Shown here: positions 1 through 8,195 of the stretch, piece after piece | How positions within the stretch are numbered: the first letter of the stretch is position 1 | Layout: the number at the start of each line of letters is the position of its first letter | NCBI GenBank assembly: GCA_043744175.1 | Contig: JAYTVD010000126.1 | Span: forward strand, 1,136-65,135 | Source: Phyllobacteriaceae bacterium | Lineage (GTDB): Bacteria > Pseudomonadota > Alphaproteobacteria > Rhizobiales > Rhizobiaceae | Length of the DNA stretch: 64,000 nucleotides | Reading direction: 5' to 3' | Notes under the pieces: model-generated | What the model saw: only the letters and a program-made list of their open reading frames with translations | Told to the model about the DNA's origin: nothing | Databases searched by the model: none | Position numbers and translations under genes: made by a program

Positions 1-397
1 CAACGCCATCGACAAGTTCCGCGCCAACTGCGCCGATAATTTGATGAACCTGACAGCGCTTTCCGGCGGTGATCCTGCGCTGAATTACAAGACCCGCCCG
101 CTCAACGGTATCTGGGCCACCGCGCCCTATTTGCACAATGGCTCCGTGCCGACGCTGCGCGATCTCCTCAATACGCAGAGTGAACGACCCAAGACCCACG
201 GCTTTTTGGATGGCAATTTTGACACCACAAAAGTCGGCCATTTAGATCAAACTGCCGATCCGAAGGCATTTGTCTTCAACGTCTATGATGACAAAGGTGA
301 GGCCATTTTGGGCAATTGGAACGGCGGTCACGAATATGGCGTGAACCTTAAGGACACCGAAAAGGACGACCTTGTTGAATATCTGAAGGGGCTTTGA
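1..397 (+). CDS. di-haem cytochrome c peroxidase-like protein, C-terminal part (5' end outside window)
   Basis: The frame is open from nt 2, and the ORF-track tail is 41..397. The motif APYLHNGSVPTLRDLL resembles the conserved P-Y-x-H-D/N-G-S segment of bacterial di-haem peroxidase/MauG-type proteins. No CxxCH is present in the visible part. The TGA stop at 395-397 abuts the GTG of the next gene. Confidence 0.5.
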   Translation, partial: NAIDKFRANCADNLMNLTALSGGDPALNYKTRPLNGIWATAPYLHNGSVPTLRDLLNTQSERPKTHGFLDGNFDTTKVGHLDQTADPKAFVFNVYDDKGEAILGNWNGGHEYGVNLKDTEKDDLVEYLKGL

Positions 398-1840
398 GTG
401 AAACGTCTCGCCTCAGTAATTGCTCTTTGGTTCGCGATGTTGCTTCCCGCTGCGGCGCAAGTCATCACCTGTCCGACAGGGATAACGCCTGCCCAATGCG
501 ACGCACTCTTGTCCAATGGCAATGCGCAGCAAGCGCCGACAAACCCCGATGCTGCATCTGCCCCGAAAGGTGGATTTGAAATCATCATCAAGCCAGTGCC
601 CAAAACAGTTCCAAAGGCGAAACCCGTTCCAAAAATAATTGCCAAGCCCGTGCCAAAGAAGGTCTCGCCCAAGGTTGTCCTCGCTAAACCTCCGACGCCG
701 AAGCCCGCACCAAAGAAGCCGATGGTTCCCGCGGTGGTGAAGCCCGCTAAGCTGGTTGCCCCCTATGCCGGATTACCCGTGCTGGAAACCATCACCCTGT
801 CAGACGTCGATATGCTACCCATCGCGGGCCAATTCATCATTCGGTTCCGGCCCGACGCTTTGGCGTCAGCAGGCATCACTATAACTACCATTACGCCCGA
901 AACGCTCGCCGCACGGTTCGGCCTTGAGCCCTACCAAATACTCTCCATCCAGCGTATTGAGTTGCCGGGTTTCATTGCCAACCTTAACGAAAGGCAGCGG
1001 GCAACCATAACCGCCGACCCCATCATCCTGCGCGTCACGCCGGACACCAAGATCAAAGCGGCGGGTAGTGCGGATGTATCAGCGACACAAGTCAGCCAAA
1101 TTCCATGGGGGTTGGATCGTATAGACCAGGCGGCGCTGCCCTTGGACGGTGCCTTCAACAGGCGGGGCAGCAAGGCCAAAAGCAGGATTTATCTGTTGGA
1201 CAATGGCGTGGACATGGCCCACCCCGAGCTTGAAGACCGCGTCAAATTTGGCGCTACTTTTTTGAAAGTCGTGCCGAACGACATTTACACCACCTGCCGC
1301 GCCCACGGCACAGCGATGGCCTCCATCATGACAGGGAAAACGCTGGGCGTGCTGCCTGATGCGGAGATTTTCGACGTTACGGTTCTACCCTGCGACAGCA
1401 ATAAAACCGGCGCGGCTTCCTCGCTGGTCGAGGCGTTTGAGTGGATCATTAAGCGCGAGCAAAAATATACCGATCACGCCAAAATTATCATCAATCTCAG
1501 CCTCATTGGCCCCAAGGCGCAGGACATTAACGACTGGATTAACCTGCTGATCGATAAGTATAAAATCATCGTCGTAGTAGCGGCTGGCAACCAATCCAGA
1601 GACGCCTGCGATTATTCGCCTGCGTCTGCGCAGCGCGCCATCACCGTCGCCGCCAGCGACAAGGATGACAAGTTGGCCAAGCTCTCTAACCGCGGCAAAT
1701 GCGTGGATATACTCTCGCCCGGAACCTTGATACCGGTGGCACAGGCGCTGAACTACCAAAAGCCAATTCTTTGGGGTGGCACGAGCCAAGCTGCGGCCTT
1801 CGTTTCCGCAGCGCTGGCACGGGATTTGGACCCCGCGTAA
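398..1840 (+). CDS. secreted S8 (proteinase K-like) serine peptidase with Pro/Lys-rich spacer; possibly truncated by an in-frame TAA (frame continues to 1951)
   Basis: GTG start. Signal peptide MKRLASVIALWFAMLLPAAAQV. KPVPK-type repeat spacer. I9-like propeptide stretch. WGLDRID motif, then catalytic Asp (YLLDNGVD), His (HGTAMAS), oxyanion Asn (NLSLIG) and Ser (GGTSQAAA). After the TAA at 1838-1840 the same frame stays open for 36 more codons. Confidence 0.85.
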   Translation: MKRLASVIALWFAMLLPAAAQVITCPTGITPAQCDALLSNGNAQQAPTNPDAASAPKGGFEIIIKPVPKTVPKAKPVPKIIAKPVPKKVSPKVVLAKPPTPKPAPKKPMVPAVVKPAKLVAPYAGLPVLETITLSDVDMLPIAGQFIIRFRPDALASAGITITTITPETLAARFGLEPYQILSIQRIELPGFIANLNERQRATITADPIILRVTPDTKIKAAGSADVSATQVSQIPWGLDRIDQAALPLDGAFNRRGSKAKSRIYLLDNGVDMAHPELEDRVKFGATFLKVVPNDIYTTCRAHGTAMASIMTGKTLGVLPDAEIFDVTVLPCDSNKTGAASSLVEAFEWIIKREQKYTDHAKIIINLSLIGPKAQDINDWINLLIDKYKIIVVVAAGNQSRDACDYSPASAQRAITVAASDKDDKLAKLSNRGKCVDILSPGTLIPVAQALNYQKPILWGGTSQAAAFVSAALARDLDPA

Positions 1841-1959
1841 GAAATTGAGGCTATCACAACGACGCTATATGATCGCTCGCAAAACGCCAAACTGGACCTA
1901 CCGGATAGCGATTCCAAGCGGCTGTTATTGTTAGATTCCAGCGCAAAATGAGCGCCGCT

Positions 1960-3141
1960 TCAGTGCATCCGGCCAACGGAATTGGGCACTTCATAATGCA
2001 CCTGCGCCGACAGGTTTCGCACCATATGGATGAGTTCCAAACGGCTACCGGAATTGGTTTTGCGCATCAAGGTTTTAACCTGACTCTTCACCGTTTCAAA
2101 AGCGCTGTTGCGAAGGTCAGCAATGTCCTGGTTCGACATGCCCTTGGCAATCAACGTCAGCACATCCTTCTCAGTTTTCGAAAGCGGATAGAAATCGCTG
2201 ATCCTATCAACATCAATGAACACCGGCTTGCTGGTGTCCAGCAGTGTCAGCAGCCGATAACCAACGCCGAGGCGGCCGGTATAAGTCGTCTCCTCAATCG
2301 GGCAAATTTCCATAAACACCGCGCTGCCCGCATCAGCCAGTGGCAGCACAATCGCCTCTTTGCGCGACCTAGCGCCGAACAAGCCGTGCGCATCAGTGGC
2401 GATCAAATCATGGAAGCGGGCCGCCACATCGTCGCGCATAACCTGCAATTTTTTTGTAGGCAAACGACGCAAAACATTGTGCCTGGCAACGATGCGCTCA
2501 AACTCCGGATTGCTGAAAACAATCTCGCCCTCGCCGTTCAAAATCGCAATGCCCTGGTCAGACTTGTTGATGATTTCTTCGAAAATCGCCTGCACCCGAA
2601 ACTGATGCTCCAGCGGACGGCCAAGGCCGATAACCTTGGCGATATGCGGCAGAAAAATGCCCGCCTTCTTGCGCTCTTCAATCGTAATCGGTCCGCGCGT
2701 GATATCAAATTGCAACGCGAAACGATCGACATTCAAAAGGTCTTTATTGAGCAAAGCACCCGCACGGTGCAGCAGGCCGTGCTTGGTCATAAATTGCGTG
2801 TTGGGCTGGTTCAAAACATCCTGAACATTCGGGCGCAACTCGACATCGCTAATCAAATCCACTTGGTCGGATTGTGCAGAAAGCTGCGCAAATCGGGCCT
2901 GATCGCGCAGCTCGTCATCGTTAAACTGCACCATATAGTCCGCCACCACTTGGCGGTCATAATTGGCGCTAAACAGGCGGGAGGCAATCTGCGGCACATT
3001 ATCGTGGTTTCGCACTTCGAAGATGAACGCACCCGCCGCGCCCAAATGTTGCGCCACCCGATAGAGCACTTCCGGCCAGCTTGTAGGGGTCAACGCGGTG
3101 TCGTAAATCCGCGCAATCAAATCAATGTCACTGCTATCCAT
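1960..3141 (-). CDS. LuxR-family transcriptional regulator (PAS-like sensor region plus C-terminal HTH)
   Basis: The C-terminus LSKTEKDVLTLIAKGMSNQDIADLRNSAFETVKSQVKTLMRKTNSGSRLELI is a typical LuxR/GerE HTH. Start taken at the internal ATG (MDSSDIDLIARIYD); the ORF-track start is 3174. Confidence 0.8.
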   Translation of the reverse strand: MDSSDIDLIARIYDTALTPTSWPEVLYRVAQHLGAAGAFIFEVRNHDNVPQIASRLFSANYDRQVVADYMVQFNDDELRDQARFAQLSAQSDQVDLISDVELRPNVQDVLNQPNTQFMTKHGLLHRAGALLNKDLLNVDRFALQFDITRGPITIEERKKAGIFLPHIAKVIGLGRPLEHQFRVQAIFEEIINKSDQGIAILNGEGEIVFSNPEFERIVARHNVLRRLPTKKLQVMRDDVAARFHDLIATDAHGLFGARSRKEAIVLPLADAGSAVFMEICPIEETTYTGRLGVGYRLLTLLDTSKPVFIDVDRISDFYPLSKTEKDVLTLIAKGMSNQDIADLRNSAFETVKSQVKTLMRKTNSGSRLELIHMVRNLSAQVHYEVPNSVGRMH

Positions 3142-3226
3142 TATGCAAGCCGTCCCCCTACGGCGTTTTATCACTCCCGCTATACCTATAGTTCAGAACA
3201 TGAATGTAAACTGAAAGAGCGTCACA

Positions 3227-4099
3227 TTGCATAAATTGGCAACAGTTTTGGCACGTTTTACCCAAGTCTTGGTGGCGCTTGCCATCCTCGCTACCATTTA
3301 TGTTGTCGTTCAAGATTCATCTCCGCTTAAAGTTGTACAACTTGCAGGCATGACGGACAGGATCAACGAGATGTCCCAAACATCCGTGCCGCATAAGCGA
3401 TTGATGGAAAACGACATTTATGCCGCCAACGCGGCGCTGCTGGCCAAGGTGGAAAGTGGCGCAGAGCTTACCATTGATGAGAGCAAGACTTACCGCAGCC
3501 TCATTCAATCCACCCTGTTTCAGAAGCAAAAAATTCTGTCGCTGGTGGATTCATCTCTCACTGTTTTGCCCGACGCGGGCATGGATAAAATGAACAATGT
3601 GGCAGTGCTGGGCATCGCAGGAAATCACGACCACCACGATACCTCCGCCTCAAATAATTTCAGCGCCATGCTGTATGAACTGAACAAAGTCGAGAGCGCC
3701 GGTGGGTTGTTTGCACCGCTCATTCGCATCAAGAACGCGAACGCTGCTTATAAGGATTTGCTCGATATTTTGCCGCACTTAAGCGTGGCTTTGCAATCCA
3801 TCGACCTGCCACTGGCCCCGCCAGCCAACTGGCCGGATACTGATCTTGGAGCCAAATTCAACGCCGTACTGGTGGCGTTCAAACTGGCACAATTTTCACC
3901 CGTCAATTCGCCAGCCTACGTCGCCGCACTTCATGCCGGACTGGATGCCTATGATGCGCTGGTGCTCGCCGTGCAGGCGCGAATTGTTGCCAATACCAAC
4001 AGCTTCGAGCGCCATATTGCAGGCCGCTTTATGTCCACGCAAACGCTGGCACCATCACTGGATATGAGTATCACCATCCGCTTCCCGCGAACAAACTAG
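3227..4099 (+). CDS. hypothetical membrane-anchored protein
   Basis: 290-codon ORF with a TTG start and one N-terminal hydrophobic helix (VLVALAILATIYVVV). No recognisable motifs. Divergent from the LuxR gene. Confidence 0.45.
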   Translation: MHKLATVLARFTQVLVALAILATIYVVVQDSSPLKVVQLAGMTDRINEMSQTSVPHKRLMENDIYAANAALLAKVESGAELTIDESKTYRSLIQSTLFQKQKILSLVDSSLTVLPDAGMDKMNNVAVLGIAGNHDHHDTSASNNFSAMLYELNKVESAGGLFAPLIRIKNANAAYKDLLDILPHLSVALQSIDLPLAPPANWPDTDLGAKFNAVLVAFKLAQFSPVNSPAYVAALHAGLDAYDALVLAVQARIVANTNSFERHIAGRFMSTQTLAPSLDMSITIRFPRTN

Positions 4100-4112
4100 A
4101 CGATCAGCCGTC

Positions 4113-4463
4113 TCACATCTTAAAATCGAAATGCTTGCGAATGGTCTCTTCGATCTTCCACAGACCCTTGAAATCAGCCTCCACCACAAAAGCATCGCCC
4201 GCCTTAATATGAACAGGCGTGCCGCCATCCGGCGTAATCGTCATCTTGCCTTCAATGACATGCACAAACTCATAGGCCGAGTAAGTGGCATGATAAGTGC
4301 CGGGCGTCGCCTCCCAATAGCCGGACATCATCTGGCTATCATCAGACGTATGCAGCACCCACGTCTTCATGGCTGGATTGCCTTCAACAACAACCCAGCC
4401 ATCCAACGTGGCGCTAGATGGTTCAACACTGGTAAGCGGGCCTAATTTGACGATGCTTTGCAT
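4113..4463 (-). CDS. cupin domain protein (DUF861/cupin_3-like)
   Basis: 116 aa. The EFVHVIEGKMTITPDGG...IKAGDAFVV pattern is typical of small single-domain cupins. It is the last gene of the minus-strand catabolic operon. Confidence 0.7.
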   Translation of the reverse strand: MQSIVKLGPLTSVEPSSATLDGWVVVEGNPAMKTWVLHTSDDSQMMSGYWEATPGTYHATYSAYEFVHVIEGKMTITPDGGTPVHIKAGDAFVVEADFKGLWKIEETIRKHFDFKM

Positions 4464-4491
4464 GGGTAGTGCTCCTTTTCAGAAGTTGAGC

Positions 4492-4530
4492 TTATCCAAC
4501 AATCGCTGCCTCAAGTATCTCAAGTACGCC
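4492..4530 (-). repeat. relic copy of the last 12 codons plus stop of the Fe-ADH gene; direct-repeat partner of 5301..5339
   Basis: The reverse complement reads GVLEILEAAIVG-stop. The true ADH end reads GALEILEAAIAG-stop. 34 of 39 nt are identical by hand alignment. Confidence 0.75.
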
Positions 4531-5300
4531 CAAGACGGTCGCTAACCTAGAAGTCATATTTGTTAGTGGCAACTTGATCGGCATATTTTCTCCATTGCTG
4601 ACTTTGTAGCAAAGTTGAATGCAGAATATCTAGCTCCCCGCAGTCCGCTATTCCTTTGAGGCGACTTGCAGAGTGGGAGGCCTCCTCCTTAGTTAGCCAC
4701 GGACTAATTCTGATTTTCTTGATCCAGTCCAAGCTAATATCAAGCGTAATATATTCTTCATCCAATTTGTTGTCGCCGCGAAAAATCCGGAACTCACGTT
4801 CATCGCTAAATGCAACACGTTTTAAGAATGGAAGCCGATGTACTCTGGGTATTGGGTCATTTTTAAGCTGATCCAGTGTTTTGTATCGAATATATCCGCA
4901 TTGAAATTCTTTTTCTTCAGCAAATTTTTTAATGGCCGCCCTATCAAATACAATACAAACGCCAAATTTATCATCTTTTGTGGACTTTTTACCAGCATAT
5001 CGCAGCCAATGGTGGTAGTGTTCTTTTCTCGTTTTGGTACTGCAAAACGCGTAAATTTGCTGCCAATTTTGACTAGTTTTATATTTTTCCATTAGGTATT
5101 TGTCGTTCTTGTCATCCCACCTAGATGTATTCCAAAATTTTATTTTTCTATTATTTAGAATATCTGACAAATCAGAAAAACCACAATATCGACGGAGGAC
5201 CAGCCCAGTATCTGGTTTGTCCTCCGTGTGAAAATTTACAGCATTATCCCTCAAAGTGCCCAAGATCACCTACACTTTATTTTCGTAGTTCAGAGCGCGC
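4531..5300 (-). mobile_element. AT-rich single-gene insertion (mini-island) bounded by the duplicated ADH 3' end
   Basis: Hand counts of 60-nt lines inside (4921-4980, 5101-5160) give about 30% G+C, against about 55% in the adjacent line 5341-5400. It is bounded by a 39-nt imperfect direct repeat. No recombinase gene is present. Confidence 0.55.
4547..5269 (-). CDS. DUF2971-like protein of unknown function
   Basis: 240 aa with a GTG start. The pattern RRYCGFSDLSDILNNRKIKFWNTSRWDDKNDKY ... IYAFCSTK ... HHWLRYAG ... FGVCIVFD ... FSDEREFRIF matches my memory of the DUF2971 signature (fnDP-E, cFS, mW-Y, Gvci-f, E-EwR). Confidence 0.6.
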   Translation of the reverse strand: MILGTLRDNAVNFHTEDKPDTGLVLRRYCGFSDLSDILNNRKIKFWNTSRWDDKNDKYLMEKYKTSQNWQQIYAFCSTKTRKEHYHHWLRYAGKKSTKDDKFGVCIVFDRAAIKKFAEEKEFQCGYIRYKTLDQLKNDPIPRVHRLPFLKRVAFSDEREFRIFRGDNKLDEEYITLDISLDWIKKIRISPWLTKEEASHSASRLKGIADCGELDILHSTLLQSQQWRKYADQVATNKYDF

Positions 5301-6467
5301 TTACCCCGCAATCGCCGCCTCAAGTATCTCAAGTGCGCCCTTTTTCGTCAGTTTTACAGGGTTCCCACCGGCTGTCGGGTCAACCACGGCCATGTCCGAA
5401 ATCAGCGTCTTGCGCTTTTTGTCCGGTGCGAAATCTTTGACTAACCCGCCCAGTGTATGCGGCACTTTCAAATCTTTGCGCAGCTTGATGACCGCTTTGC
5501 GGAAGCCGTCGAAGCCGCCTTTGATATTCAAATAACGGGCGGCAGCTTCGATGCGTGGCTCAATGGCGGCGCGGTTGAAATCCAGCACGTAGGGCATGAA
5601 CACGGCATTCGTCATGCCGTGGTGCGTATGGTACAGCGAGCCGATCGGGTGCGATAGCGAATGGATGGCGCCGAGGCCTTTTTGAAATGCAGTCGCGCCC
5701 ATTGCGGCAGCGGACATCATGTGGGCGCGGGCATCCAAATCCTTGCCATTGGCGAAAGCCTTAGGCAGATTTTCAAACACAAGGCGCATACCTTCCAGCG
5801 CGATACCATCGGCCATCGGATGATAGCCCGGTGCGCAATAGGCTTCGAGGCAATGCGCCAGCGCATCCATGCCCGTACCGACCGTGATAAACGGCGGCAT
5901 ACCGACGGAAAGCGCGGGATCGGCAATCACGATCACCGGCATCATTTTCGGATGGAAAATGACTTTCTTAGTGTGCGTTTCTTCATTCGTGATAACGCCG
6001 GCGCGGCCCACTTCCGAGCCCGTGCCTGAAGTTGTCGGCACGGCGATAACCGGCAAAATGCCGTTCGGGTCGGCGCGGGTCCACCAATCACCCACGTCTT
6101 CAAAATCCCACATCGGGCGCGTCTGGCCTGCCATAAAGGCGATGACCTTGCCGACATCCAGCGCCGAACCGCCGCCAAACGCAATCACGCCATCATGCTT
6201 GCCCGCGCGCACCACTTTGATGCCCGCTTCAACATTGGCCGAAACCGGATTGGGCTGCACATCATGAAACAGGCCGTATTTCACGCCATTGTCCGACAGC
6301 ACTTTTAAAGCATCTGCCACGATCTGCATCTTGGCCAAACCGGGGTCCGTCACGAACAGCGGGTTCTTGATGCCCGATGAAAGGCAGGCTTCCGCCAATT
6401 CAGAAATGCGGCCCGCGCCAAAGCGCACAGTGGTTGGGTAATTCCATTTGGAGACGAGTTTGGACAT
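5301..6467 (-). CDS. iron-containing (group III) alcohol dehydrogenase
   Basis: 388 aa. Contains GGGSALDVGK, PTTSGTGSEV and the His-rich metal site (DALAHCLE, HSLSHPIG, HHGMTNA). Confidence 0.9.
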   Translation of the reverse strand: MSKLVSKWNYPTTVRFGAGRISELAEACLSSGIKNPLFVTDPGLAKMQIVADALKVLSDNGVKYGLFHDVQPNPVSANVEAGIKVVRAGKHDGVIAFGGGSALDVGKVIAFMAGQTRPMWDFEDVGDWWTRADPNGILPVIAVPTTSGTGSEVGRAGVITNEETHTKKVIFHPKMMPVIVIADPALSVGMPPFITVGTGMDALAHCLEAYCAPGYHPMADGIALEGMRLVFENLPKAFANGKDLDARAHMMSAAAMGATAFQKGLGAIHSLSHPIGSLYHTHHGMTNAVFMPYVLDFNRAAIEPRIEAAARYLNIKGGFDGFRKAVIKLRKDLKVPHTLGGLVKDFAPDKKRKTLISDMAVVDPTAGGNPVKLTKKGALEILEAAIAG

Positions 6468-6476
6468 GGTTCTCTT

Positions 6477-6776
6477 CTATCGTTTCATTTCAACTTCAAT
6501 AAAGCTCATCGGCACATCGGCGGCATTGATGACATTATGCTCCACGCCTGCGGGACGCGAATAGGCCGCGCCCGCCGACACAAAGCGGCTGCTAACGCCG
6601 TGGGCATCCACAAGGCGCACGTTCATATCCGTGATGGGCACCACAATATAGGCCATGCCATGGGTGTGATGCCCCGTCTCCGCGCCCGGCTCAAAATCCC
6701 AGCGCGTCACCTTGGTGCGTTCGTCATCAACGAGCACCGTAGGGATAGCAGGAACCGAGGCGCGGAAGTTGGACAT
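6477..6776 (-). CDS. small cupin domain protein
   Basis: 99 aa. GHHTHG ... GVEHNVIN is a two-motif cupin signature. Its start lies 1 nt after the upstream ALDH stop. Confidence 0.7.
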   Translation of the reverse strand: MSNFRASVPAIPTVLVDDERTKVTRWDFEPGAETGHHTHGMAYIVVPITDMNVRLVDAHGVSSRFVSAGAAYSRPAGVEHNVINAADVPMSFIEVEMKR

Positions 6777-6777
6777 G

Positions 6778-8163
6778 TTATTTTATGACCTTCTGATGAT
6801 AAGATTTCGGACGGGTCAGCCCCTGAATGCCGAGCACCGAGAGCGAAGCGCCCTTGCCGGTATCTTTCACGCCGGTCCACACCAACGCGGGATCAAGATA
6901 ATCGCAGCGGTTGGTGAAGACGGTTCCCGTTTCAACACGGTCACCGATCATCGCGGCACGGTCCAAATCTTGGCTCCAGATGGAAGCCGTCAGACCGTAA
7001 GGGCTGTCGTTCATCAGCGCGATGGCTTCCTCATCATTGCGCACCTTCATAATACCAACGATGGGACCAAAACTTTCCTCGCGCATCACGCTCATCTGAT
7101 GGTTCACACCAGTGAGAATCTCCGGCGCGAGATAAGGCGATCCGGCCACATCCTTATCAACCTTCATGTTGATATGAGCGGTAGCGCCGCCGCGCAAGGC
7201 CTCAGCCTTTTGCTCACGGATAAAGTCCGCAAAGCGCGCCTGGGCCATCGGTCCCATGGTGGTGTCTTGATCCAGCGGATTGCCGACTTTGTAAGTTTTG
7301 GTCAGCTTCACTGCGCCTTCGACAAATTCGTCATAGACTTTTTCATGCACATAAATGCGCTCAATACCGCAGCAGCATTGGCCGGAGTTATAGAAGGCAC
7401 CATCCACCAACGTTTCAATCGCAGCGTCCACATTGGCATCCGGCAGCACGTAGGCAGGATCCTTGCCGCCAAGCTCCAAGCCCAGCGTCATAAATGTACC
7501 CGCTGCTGCCCGCTCAATGGCGCGACCGCCAGCAACGGAACCTGTAAAGTTGCAATGGTCGATTTGGCCGGATGCCAGCAGCGCTTCTGTCTGGCCGTGG
7601 TTCATAACAATGTTCTGGAACAAGCCCTTCGGCAGGCCCGCCATTTCGAACGCCTTGGCAAAGCGCTCGCCAACCAGCAGCGTTTGCGCTGCATGTTTGA
7701 GGATAACCGAATTGCCTGCCATCAGCGCCGGAATAATCGTGTTGATGGTGGTGAGGTATGGATAGTTCCACGGCGCAATCACCAGCACGGTGCCCAGCGG
7801 CACATGCTTGATATAGCGGCGGAAACTGTCGGACTTTTCGATCACCATCGGCTTCAATGCCTTTTTGGCATTGGCAACCACGAAGCGTGTGCGCTGTTCC
7901 ACGCCGCCCTTTTCGCCGCCGTAGCGCACGGGACGGCCCATCTGCCATGCAATTTCCGTAGTGATCTCATCATTCATTGACATAAGCGCATCAAGGAATT
8001 TGAGGCACAGCTTACCGCGCCGCTCAAAGGTATTGAGCGCCCATTTAGCCTGCGCCGCCTTGGATGTAGCCAGCACCTTCGCCAGCGCCTTATCCGTAAT
8101 CACCGGACGCTCCGCATAAACAGAGCCGTCAATTGGCGAGATGAGTTTTATTGTGTCGGCCAT
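6778..8163 (-). CDS. NAD(P)-dependent aldehyde dehydrogenase
   Basis: 461 aa with ALDH family motifs ELGGKDP and NSGQCCCGIERIYV (catalytic Cys region). Confidence 0.9.
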   Translation of the reverse strand: MADTIKLISPIDGSVYAERPVITDKALAKVLATSKAAQAKWALNTFERRGKLCLKFLDALMSMNDEITTEIAWQMGRPVRYGGEKGGVEQRTRFVVANAKKALKPMVIEKSDSFRRYIKHVPLGTVLVIAPWNYPYLTTINTIIPALMAGNSVILKHAAQTLLVGERFAKAFEMAGLPKGLFQNIVMNHGQTEALLASGQIDHCNFTGSVAGGRAIERAAAGTFMTLGLELGGKDPAYVLPDANVDAAIETLVDGAFYNSGQCCCGIERIYVHEKVYDEFVEGAVKLTKTYKVGNPLDQDTTMGPMAQARFADFIREQKAEALRGGATAHINMKVDKDVAGSPYLAPEILTGVNHQMSVMREESFGPIVGIMKVRNDEEAIALMNDSPYGLTASIWSQDLDRAAMIGDRVETGTVFTNRCDYLDPALVWTGVKDTGKGASLSVLGIQGLTRPKSYHQKVIK

Positions 8164-8195
8164 GATGTCCTCATGGTTAGAGTGAAGATAAAATA

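Noticed and set aside
1948-3234. 428-aa ORF on the plus strand
   Set aside because: It lies entirely antisense to the LuxR-family gene, which has a clear HTH motif. Its product is Arg/His/Gln/Asn-rich with no motifs. This is a typical shadow ORF of a GC-rich gene.
4531-4546. Searched the edges of the DUF2971 insertion for an integrase gene, an attC-like imperfect palindrome or terminal inverted repeats
   Set aside because: None was seen. I therefore describe the element only as a repeat-bounded insertion and do not call it an integron cassette, IS or prophage remnant.
6712-7980. 422-aa plus-strand ORF
   Set aside because: Antisense to the aldehyde dehydrogenase gene, which has canonical ALDH motifs. 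Its composition (many R, H, C) is that of a mirror frame.
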